DNA of 64,000 bases from Octopus vulgaris (Eukaryota): positions 35,092,001-35,156,000 of the forward strand of contig OX597831.1 of the NCBI GenBank assembly GCA_951406725.2, written 5' to 3'. Positions 53,552 to 64,000 of this stretch are shown here, in pieces. Position numbers and translations under genes: made by a program. A model generated the notes under the pieces. The model made no database searches and was not told the DNA's origin. It saw only the letters and a list, made by a program, of their open reading frames with translations. Numbering within the stretch: position 1 is the first letter of the stretch; the number at the start of each line of letters is the position of its first letter.

Positions 53552-54339
53552 TTAAATAATGTAGACTGTGGTGAAATGACTTTGATTATAAGTCAACTCT
53601 GTCAGGGCTGTCCTGTGTCTAAACAACATTATAGAACGCACATTTCCTCTTCTAAATTAATTCACTTGAGAAAAAAACCATCTCACGTGACACACCTAGT
53701 TACATGTCACTGCATAATATATTCTTATCTCTTCGAATATTTTACATTATTCCTAACATAAGTGTGGTAGTTTGGCTGAATCAGTTGAGATGAAAATAAA
53801 ATATCTAGCTATATTGTTTCATTTTATGTTCTGAGTTCAAATCCCGTAGAGGTTGATTTTTGCCTTTTATCTTTCCAGAGTGGTTAAAATGAAATACTTT
53901 TCAGGTGCTGGTGTTTATGGTTATATCAGTATATCAACTATGCAACTGTTGTTGATACTACTGTAGTTATGAAAAAGGGCATCTTCTTTACTGGTCCATC
54001 TGTCTGGCATTGCCCTCTTCCATCTCTGTGGCTGTTGGGAATCAAACAGTGTGGATAGCTTCTTCTTTGCTCTTGCCATTGTTGGGTGATATGTTTACTA
54101 CTATACATAGTACTTTCTTTGGTATAGTACCTTCTCAGTTTGGTAGAACCTGTCAGGGCATATTTCTGGCCATACCTCATTGTCATGTGGACCAGAGCCA
54201 CCTACACACCTTGTTGAGACAGTGTGATTGGATGTTTTGGAAGTAACTGACCAGATCTTCCTCCAAAATTCGTGATTTTATTACGTCATATGTAAACAAA
54301 CATAAGTTTGTTTTTTGAAGCGCTGAAATGTATTGTAGT

Positions 54340-54520
54340 ACAAGTAGAAAGATATATTTTTCAATGCGTAAATACTCATAGAACAACATATGTAGGATAA
54401 AATTCTTTAAGAGCAGAAAAATCTGTCAGCAACCAGCTGTTTGCTGACAAGATTTTTCTGCTTTTAAAGGATTTTGTTCTATCAGTATTTATGCATTGAA
54501 AAATATAGCTTTCTACTTGT
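54340..54520. repeat. About 180-bp imperfect palindrome (MITE-like)
   Basis: acaagtagaaagatatatttttcaatgcgtaaatactcatagaacaa pairs with ttgttctatcagtatttatgcattgaaaaatatagctttctacttgt; inner arms centred on cagctg. Confidence 0.85.
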
Positions 54521-57500
54521 GATTTTGTGTTTATGTCAGTAATCATTATTCATATTGTTATAACAGTGGAAATGATCAAGACGATAGGGCACCAGACTAG
54601 ATGCTTTACAATATCTAGTTTCATCTCTTGGATTAAGGGGTTAAAAGTCAGCTTTACTTTTTTATGCTTCTGTACATCAATTCTATTTAAGGTATCTGGA
54701 TAATCGACAGAACAGTTAGATGTGACCAGATCTTTGTCATTAGTTTTATAACCAAGGCAACTGGTTGGTAGAATAATGAGCGCATCAGACAAAAGTGCTT
54801 AGCAGCATCTCTTCCAGCTGTTTATGTTCTGAGTTTAAATTCCATTCAGGTTGACTTCACTCTTCGTCCTTTTAGGGGTTGATAAAATGAGTACCAGTTG
54901 AACACTGCAGGGTGATGGGGATGTAATCAACAAGCCCTTTCCACTAAAATCACTGGCTTTAGGCTAAAATTTAAAACAATTATGACTCCAAGTAGATCAT
55001 GCCTCTACCTGTCTGATGACCTTACTGCCCCTTCCTCGACATGTAGTGTTGCAGTCTTCACTTGCCCTCTCTCTCTGCTATCCACAAAGTACATGTCCAG
55101 ACTAGAACACACCATGTGTTCTCTTGATATGCTAGAAATAGCAGCCAAATCTCCAAACAAAATTCTGCTATCTTGGCAGAAGAAAGGGCACATTGGATAG
55201 CATAGTGTTTTAACATGTCCCATATAAACTAGATGGCCTTAGCTGGATAAACTTTGATTGTATATCTGCTGACTTAGAGCTGTTTTGTTTAGTCTTGAAA
55301 CTAAGCAGCAAGAACTGTTATCACTATTACTGTTGTAGATAACTCTGGTACCCACATAAATGTAGCTGGAATACATAAGTCGAATGGTATCTAGTTTAAT
55401 TGTGTCACTGATCTAAATTGAAATCCCACAGAGACTGGCTTTGTCTTTCATTCCTGTGGAATTGATAAAACAAGCATATCTCTGACATATCCAAGTTAAT
55501 TCATGAGGGTACGCCAACCCATCTTCTCTTCAAACACTGTCCTCATTCTTATATCAAAAATCTTCATCCTTATTGTCTAAGTGGTTGTTTGACCTACTAA
55601 AAATAACCAATTGAGCAGCCTTGTGGGAGTTTCTTCATTGGTTCATGAAACATCAGTTAATTACTGTGGATCAACTTGTCAATTACTTTATATCATTCCA
55701 GGATCAATAAAGTCTAGTACAGGGATTGATATAATTGACTGTTCCACCCTCACACACATGTTTCTGGCTTTGTGTCTGTATTAGAAATTATTGCAGTAGA
55801 CTGGCAGAACTGTTAGAACATCAAACAAAGCACCTTGTGGCGTTTGTTCCAGCTCTTTAGTTTCTGAGTTCAAATCCTGCCGGGGTCATCTTTGCCTTTC
55901 ATTCCTTTGGGGTTGATAGAATAAAGTACCAGTCAAGTACTGTGTTTGATTTAATTAATTGCACCCTCCCCTTTCTTCATAAATCTAAAGCCTTGTACCC
56001 TTATTAGAATCAGTTATTATTAAAGGCAGTATACTATGATCCATCGGTTATGATAACTGTTCCAGTTGATCATGCATGTTTCTGAGCACTCCTCAGACAC
56101 ACATATTCTTAATGTAGTTCTCAGGGAAATTCAGAGTAATACAGATTGTAACAATACTGGCCCTTGAAATACAGGTACAATTCATTTCTTGCCAGATGTG
56201 TGGAACTTGAGCAATGTGAAATAAAGTGTCTTGCTCAAGGACAAAACGTGCCACTGGGAAGCAAATTCATGACATTATGATGGTGAGTTGGATACCCTAA
56301 CCACTAAGCCATGTACCTTCACATTAAAGGCAGTGATATAGAGCACGTAGGCAAAATGCCTTGCAGTATTTAGTTATAGATGTGTGTTACAAGTTCAAAT
56401 TTGACCAGAGTCAACTGTATGTGTTTTTTGTTTGCTCTTTCAGAGAGGATAAGAGAAATAATAATTAGGTGTTTAGGTTGAATAATTCAACACATTTTTC
56501 TCTTTATCTGACCTCACCCTCAGCCTCCACCTAAAGAAGAAAAAAAAACAACAAAAAACACCACCACAACATTAAGGCCCAGTCCTCTCATCCCATTACT
56601 TTTATTATTATTCTGCTTGTCACAGTGTATGGTCAGGTATTATGCTCTTAACAGCCTTAGCTACGCTAAGAAGTCAAAAACACAGTGGATGTATTTAGTA
56701 TAATCAAACAGTGTTATGAAGATATATCAAATCATCATCATCATCACATTTCATGGTCTACTTTGACAGTGTTTCTATGATCGGATGCTCTTTGTAACAT
56801 CAGTCATTTTACAAAATGTATTGTGTGCTTTTTAATTTTTTTTTTGTACCATCAGCTCCAGTGAGATTACGATGCAGCTTGCAAGACTAAAGATCCTTTT
56901 GTCTGAGTGGGGTAACAATAGAGAAGAAGTAGGAGATGAGGAATTAATGTATGAAAGAAGGAACCAGAACAGGACTGGTTTCTTGCTGTAGATGAGCTAT
57001 ATAACTATATAAGACATTATAAAGGGGGTAGGTGAAATCTGTGCATCATAATGGAAATATTGAAGTACTATCTTGAGTCTTGGGACTCACAGGGTCAGTT
57101 GACTGGTTTCTATGGCATTTAAAGACTGACATCACAACATCACCCCTAAATGGGATATCAGTTCATTGCAGAGTTACTCATTTAAAGCTGAACGGACTGG
57201 AGTAATGGGAAAAATGAAGTGACTTGCTCAAGAACAATATACACCACCCAGTCCAGGAATCGAAACCACAATCTTGCAATCACAACAACGGCAACATCTT
57301 AACCTCTAGGCCATGCACCTTCACACACTAGCGTAGCTAGAGTGTGTATGCCGCCTGGGATAGCCCTTCCTTTGCCCCCCACCCCACCCCGACCCCACAT
57401 GAAACATATTGCCTCCAGCAGACCTAAAAGTGGTGCTCCTTTAAAAGTGCCGCCTAGGATGGACTTCCTCTTAAGTCCCTCTCCACCATCTCCCAGCTAC

Positions 57501-58289
57501 ACAAGTGCCTTCACAATGGAAATACGACCATTTATGAAAATGTGGAATTTTCACAGGTCAAAATAATTTATAATTATTCTTGCCAATATGTCATGAGTTT
57601 GCAGAAACAATAGAATTCTTCCAGAATAAATACTTTATTGTTCTTTAACCTTTTATCTCATGCTCCGAATATTTGTGTTCTTCGCATTAGGCTGGTCTTT
57701 CATCCTGCCATTATTTTCTGTTGTAATCTCCATCTTATTTGTTATTTAGCAAACAAAGTAGAAGAGATTGCACTGATGACCTTTTGGGTCATTCCTAGAT
57801 GGATGGGTAGAGGGTGGGAGTCAATAAAATAAGCTTTAACATACAGCAGCACTGGTAGTAATTTCATTTTTTATTTTTCTTGAGTTCTAGGACCCACAGG
57901 GCCAGTTACCTGGTTTCCATGGTGCATAAGTGGCCAAGATCACAATATATACCCATGAACTGGACACTGGTCCATTGCACAGTTCAAGGCTGGTAATTGT
58001 GATTGGAAGGAATAAATTGGTTATATTGACCCCCAGTATTTGATTGGTACTTTATTTTATTGACCCTGAAGGGACAAAAGGCAAAGCTGACCTCAGCAGT
58101 ATTGGAACTTAGAATGTAAAGCACTGGAGGAAATGCTGCTAAACATTTTATGCACTGTGCTAACAACTTTGCAAACTCATTGCATTTGATTATATCAAAA
58201 GTTATAACTCTGCAAAAATTGCCGTTTTTTATTGCCATCTCTTTACGTGCTGTGTTCAAATTTCAATTCCCTTCCTCAGAGTCAAAAAG

Positions 58290-58443
58290 ATATATATCAG
58301 TCAATGAAATATCTATCTGTCAATGTAATATCTATCCAGTCTCAATAAAATACCTATCAGTCAATGAAATATCTACCAGTCAATAAAATATCTATCCAGT
58401 CTCAATGAAATATCTATCCAGGCTCAGTAAAATAACTATCAGT
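58290..58443. repeat. 19/22-bp minisatellite
   Basis: About 7 units of tatctat(c)cagt(ct)caatgaaa. Confidence 0.8.
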
Positions 58444-58489
58444 AGTATCAGGTCAATTATATTATGACTCTACTGAATCATCAAACTAT

Positions 58490-59132
58490 CAAAATACCAT
58501 GTGGTATTTATTCATCCAGTTCTTGATATTCTGAGTTCAAATCTCGCTGAGGTCAACTTTGTCTTTCATCATCCTTCCTAGTCAAGTACTGGAGTTGATT
58601 TGATCAACCAAGACTTACCCACCACCAATTTGTAACGGTCAACCTATGTTAGAAACCATTATTATTATTTTTAGTAGTATCTTCATAAGGCAGGGAGCTG
58701 GCAGAATCAGTAACGCCCACCCCCACCTGGACAAAATGCTGGGCTGCATTTCCTTCCTGTTTTATGTACACAGTTTAAATTCTGTCAAGGTTGACTTTGC
58801 CTTTCATCCTTTTCAGGGTTGATAAAATAAGTACCAGCAATGCACTGGGGTCAACAAAATCAACTATCCCCTTCCCCCAAAGTTTTAGGCCTTGTACTTG
58901 TTGTAGAAAGAATTATTATTATTATTATCATTATTATTATTATTATTATTATTCATGTTGGGTGAAATGCTTAGTGTTATTTCATCAGCCGCTATGTTTT
59001 GAGTTCAAATTCCTCCATGGTCAACTTTGCCTTTTCATCCTTTGGGGTCGATTAAATAAGTACCAGTTACGTTGATATAATTGACTTAATCCCTTCCCAC
59101 AAATTTGAGGCCTTGTGCTTCCAGTAGAAAGG

Positions 59133-59181
<49 letters not shown>

Positions 59182-60050
59182 GGCACACTGTCGCTTATGA
59201 CGATGAAGGTTCCAGTTGATCCAATTGACCGGACAGCTTGCTTGTGAAATTAACATGTAAGTGGCTGAGCACTCCACAGGCACGCACTCCCCTTCACATA
59301 TTTCTCAGGGAGATTCGGCATGACATACAGTATGACAAAGCTGGCTCCTTTGAAATACAGGTACTACTTATTTTTGCCGGCTGAGTGTACTGGAGCACCA
59401 TGAAATAAAGTGCCTTGCTCGAGGACACAACACGCTGTTGGGAATCGAACTCGCAGCCCTATGATCACAAGCCAAATGCCCTAACCATTAAGCCACATGC
59501 CATCACATTATTTATGAGTTCAAGTTCTGCTGAGGCTGACTTTGCCTTTCATCCTTTCAGGGTTGATAAAATAGGTACCAGTTGTGCACTGGGGTTGATG
59601 TAATCGACTTACCCCCATTCCCCGAAATTGCAGGTCTTGTGTCAGAATTTGAAACCGTTATTATAAAGGTGGTGAGCTGGCATAATCATGGGGTGTGCTG
59701 GACAAAATGCTTAGCACTTCTTCTAATGCTTCACATACTGAGTTCAAATCCTGCTTACGTCAACTTTGCCATTCATCCATTTAGGTTCAATAAAATAAAG
59801 TACCTGTAAAGTACTGAGCTCGATGTAATCAACTAACCTCACCTTCTACTAAAACTTCTGGCCTTGTACCTAAATTTGAAGCAATTATTATTATTATTAT
59901 TAGTTCAAATTCCGCCGCAGTTGACTTTGCCATTCATCCTTTCAGGGTCGATAAAATAAGTACCAGTTAGACACTGGGGTCAATGTGATCAACTCATCTC
60001 CTCCTCCCAAATTGCTGTTCTTGTAGCAAAATTTGAAACCATTGTTAATT
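58490..60050 (+). mobile_element. Cluster of SINE family B copies separated by (TTA)n
   Basis: At least six gactttgcc.ttcatcc cores in the same orientation; one family D copy in the middle. Confidence 0.8.
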
Positions 60051-61349
60051 ATTAGTTGTGTCATTATTATTAGTCATAGAGGCACATGGCTCAGTGGTTA
60101 GAGCATTGGGCTCACAATCATGAGATAGTGAGTTCAGTTCTCAGACAAGGCTGTGTGGTGTGTTCATGAGCAAGACGCTTTTTGTTTCATGTTACTCCAG
60201 TTCACTCATTTGTAGAAATGAGTTGTGATGCCACTGGTGCCAAGTTGTATTGGCCTTTGGATAACATCAGTGGCATGGAGCAGGGAGGCTGGTATGCATA
60301 GGTGACTGCTGGTCTTCCATAAACAAACTTGCCCGGACTTGTGCCTCTGAGGGGAACTTTCTAGGTGCAATCCCATGGTCATTCATAACTGCAGTAGGGT
60401 CTTTATTATTAGTGGGCAGTTGTGCATTGGTAGAATCATTAGCTTTATTTTTCAACTACCTTACACTTATAGAAGTAAGTGCTAGGCATGTATAAGTCAT
60501 GTCAGAATCAGTTTCTTACCCTGCACTTTTTGGTAGGCAATGATTAACAGAAGAGAAACTTAGACACCATTTAGAGTGTTATATCAGAGTGTTATTGAAT
60601 CTGATACAAATGAGTGACTCCTGTCAATTGTTACAGATGTTACCAGCAAATCAATGTGTCAAAAGAATCATTCCTAATTGTCCTTATTTCTAAACTTCAA
60701 GAGGCCATCGGGTACCTGTGTGAGCTTGGTCTGACAGTAGCATACAAATTGCCAAAAGGTCAAGATCATATGTACAGTCAGCAAGGTGATGGTCATCTGA
60801 CAGACCTGACTGTGACAAGGGACTGAAGAAGAGTGTAAAGTGTTTTAGAAAGAGTCGCATCTGGATAAAACCATATCGGAACTTAATGAGAGTAATAGAT
60901 AGCACATAATTTGAGCACAAATGTAACAACAGCAGTGTAATTAAATGTAATGAGATGTATGTTTATATAAATCATATCAAATTGATTTACAGTTTTTATA
61001 GCTGTTGTTGCTGTTTTATGTGTAACACATGTGCCATGATTGGTTGGCCAGTTAAACATATTACGAATCGGTTTAAGCTGAATACAGCATCCATTGTCTT
61101 ATCGTGGTAGTTGAGAGTGAGTAGTGACGATATGCTTCTTTTCAGCCATGGTGCAGAGAGAATTACATAAGAAAGATGGAAGATATAGTCGGGGAGAAGT
61201 TTAACCTCAGAGGTGACATTTCAGGATTCCAAGGGGAAATTTGGAGGATTCAAGTAGGGAATATTGTTTTTAGAGGATGAATAGTTCATTGACATTTTAG
61301 GGGACAAATAGTTCATTGTCGTTAGTCACATTAAATTTATCTGCCTTAA

Positions 61350-61569
61350 CCCTTTAGCATTTAAACTGGTCATATCCAGCTCAAATATTCTACCTGTTTT
61401 ATACTCAAACTGGCTAGATCTAGCCTTTCACACCTCTCCTACCATGTCATTCTAAAAATAAATGATCATGTCATTTAAATCTCATAGTTATGAGATAATA
61501 TATGATTAATTCAAAACCATGTGAATACATAAGCATTACGTTTGACAAAGTAATCTGAATGCTAAAGGG
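61350..61569. mobile_element. TTAA-flanked MITE (same family as 6521-6742)
   Basis: ttaa|CCCTTTAGCATT ... AATGCTAAAGGG|ctaa; 12-bp TIR. Confidence 0.75.
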
Positions 61570-61592
61570 CTAAATAAGGTTTTAATTTATAC

Positions 61593-61636
<44 letters not shown>

Positions 61637-61722
61637 GTTGAAGAGCTTAGGTTTGAAATGTAAAAGACTTATTCATTTTCCTAAGCATCAAACTAATACA
61701 CCAGCTTGTTGTTCATACACCT

Positions 61723-61952
61723 ATTTCTTTACTACCCACAAGGGGCTAAACACAGAGGGGACAAACAAGGACAGACAAATGGATTAAGTTGATTACATCG
61801 ACCCCAGTGCGTAACTGGTACTTAATTTATCGACCCCGAAAGGATGAAAGGCAAAGTCGACTTCGGCGGAATTTGAACTCAGAACGTAACGGCAGACGAA
61901 ATGCGACTACGCATGTCGCCTGGTGTGCTAACGTTTCTACCAGCTCGCTGCC
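61723..61952 (-). mobile_element. SINE family B with 14-bp target-site duplication
   Basis: TTGTTCATACACCT at 61709-61722 and at 61953-61966. Confidence 0.9.
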
Positions 61953-62716
61953 TTGTTCATACACCTGTCTTCGTCTTTGTTTTTCTATAAATTTCAACTA
62001 TGTATATATATATAAATGGAAGTGCATATACATAAGTATGTTTCTTCAACTTGATTTACATGACAAAATATACAAAGACCATTAAGGCAGATGAAATACT
62101 GTGAAACATTTCACCCAGCATGCTAATAATAGTAATGATAATAATAATGATTTCAAATTTTTCCATAAGGGCAGCAACTTTGAGGGAGGGGATGAGTCAA
62201 TTACATTGACACCAGTGTTCAACTGGTACTTATTTTATTGGTCCCTAAAGGATGAAAGATAAAGTTGACCTCGGCAGAATTTGAACTCAGAATGTACCGG
62301 AAGGTGAAATAACGCTAAGCATTTTGTTCAGCACGCTAACAATTCTGGCTGCTCACCGCCTTAGTAGTACTAGTAGTAGTAATAGTTCTTTCTACTGGAA
62401 GCACAAGGCCTCAAATTTGGGGAAAGGGTTTGATTACATTGACCCCAGTGTGTAACTGGTACTTATTTAATTGAACTCAAAAGGATGAAAGGTGAGATAA
62501 TAATAATGATAATATCTAGCAGGACCTGTGGATATCTTTTTCATAAATTTTTTATTAGGATACATAAGTTTAAAGATTTTTATGAAAATTTTTTTAATTA
62601 GGTTAAGAATTCCAATACTGTCTTTGAATCTGTTCCATAGTTAAGGCTGTTGGACTACAGAAACAGCCTTGTGAGTGAATTTAGAGGTTGAAACTATGTA
62701 GAAGCCCATTATGTAT

Positions 62717-62756
<40 letters not shown>

Positions 62757-62759
<3 letters not shown>

Positions 62760-63123
62760 TATGAGCAAAAGCCTCCCCCCCACGTCCAATGGACGGTGCT
62801 GAGTTGTCAAACATTTAAACCAAATTTTCTCAAGACAACTTGTCCGACCGTCCCATAGGCCTCCCCTTTGAGAAACACTGATTTAACCTAAATTTGAGAC
62901 ACCAGCAAAAGACGGATTTCAACTGACGTACTTGTGCGTACAAATGCATGTTCCCATGGCTTTATCGATCGCATTCTCACCTGGAATTGATTTTTGTAAT
63001 TTTTTCAAGACTTATACATGCCCTGATACCGTCGGTATCTTCATATCAAATTTGAGCGCAATCGGATGGAGGATGCCTGAGATCCTAGAAGACATACACA
63101 CAGACAGACAGAACGGATTTTAT

Positions 63124-63130
<7 letters not shown>
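62757..63130 (-). mobile_element. Helitron/DINE-like non-autonomous element
   Basis: Minus strand begins in (TA)n with gtataaaa...(TCTG)n; CpG-rich body bounded by (TA)n on both sides. Confidence 0.45.
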
Positions 63131-63158
<28 letters not shown>

Positions 63159-64000
63159 ACATCATCATCATTTAACATCTGTTGTCCATGCTGGCATATA
63201 TATGTATGTATATATGTATTTATGTATGTGTGTCTCTCTCTCTTTGTGTCTGCATTTGTCAACTGTTGGTTTGTTTATGTTCCCCATAATCTTGCAGTTC
63301 AGTAAAAGTGACTGATAGAATAAGTACCAGACTTACAAAAAATACAAAATGAAAAAAAAAAAGAAAAACAGAAATAAAAAACAAAATAACAAAACAGACA
63401 AACCCCGTAAGTACTTGGTTTGATTTATATCATTAAAACTCTTCCAAGTGGTAGGCCAGCATGGCTGCAGTTCAGTTCGATAACTGAAACAAGCAAACAA
63501 TGAAAAATAAAAGGAGATACTGTACCAGCTGCGGAATATGTTTTGTTGTACAGAATTAAAATGCAACAGATTTTGAGGGCATAATAGTATTGGCTAAAAA
63601 GGAAGGAGAAACGAAAAGAACAATGTATATTGAATTGCTGCTAATCCAGTATTGAACAGCTGTAGATGCCATGGAAGGAAGGTAGCAGGGAGAATATTGA
63701 ATAATGGAAGACAGTTTTAAGGAAGTGATTATCTATGTTGCTTCCTATGATTTTACTGACAAAACAAAAAAAAACAAAACTATGGAACAAGATTTGATGT
63801 CACTTATTTCGAGGTTTTATTTATTTATTTATTTTTGTTCAGCCTCCTTGGACTATATTAGTATACAGCTATCTTTCTTTATTGCATGCATTTGGTCCCC
63901 ACCACTGCTGCCCCCTCCAACACCATGTTTAATTAATCGGTGATAGATGACTAATAGAACCTATGAGAAAAATAGGTTTCGTCCCAAGACTCAAGGTTCT

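Noticed and set aside
53905-53968. Possible NHE exon 2 after cttttcag
   Set aside because: Lies in a decayed SINE B, hits a stop after about 20 codons and does not match the expected NHE motif.
58290-58443. CRISPR-like periodicity
   Set aside because: No unique spacers, no cas genes, eukaryotic context; a simple minisatellite.
60080-60150. tRNA-like sequence (also the heads of SINEs A, B and D)
   Set aside because: A/B boxes run straight into repeat bodies with no convincing cloverleaf; SINE heads, not tRNA genes.

Overview
AT-rich, repeat-saturated animal genomic DNA, not prokaryotic. The SINE families and the density of (CATA)n/(TA)n/(CA)n microsatellites suggest an octopus or other coleoid cephalopod; this is inference from recalled repeat families, not a database result. 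The only confident host gene signal is coding exon 1 of an endosomal Na+/H+ exchanger (SLC9A6/7/9, Drosophila Nhe3 type) at 35853-36144 (+). It is followed by an intron that appears to run past the window end. Everything else is mobile DNA: a near-intact CR1/Jockey-group LINE ORF2, decayed RTE and Tx1-like LINEs, mariner, Tc1 and hAT remnants, non-autonomous Helitrons, TTAA-flanked MITEs and at least four SINE-like families. Most notable: (i) restriction-like-endonuclease (R4/Dong/NeSL-type) retroelements repeatedly inserted, in one orientation, into (CATA)n, plus a separate one in (TAA)n; (ii) fold-back elements inside (TA)n tracts, one carrying a complete minimal hammerhead ribozyme core; (iii) several local inverted duplications that could form long dsRNA; (iv) a CpG-retaining domain around the gene's 5' end. 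Most ORFs in the supplied track are microsatellite or antisense artefacts.
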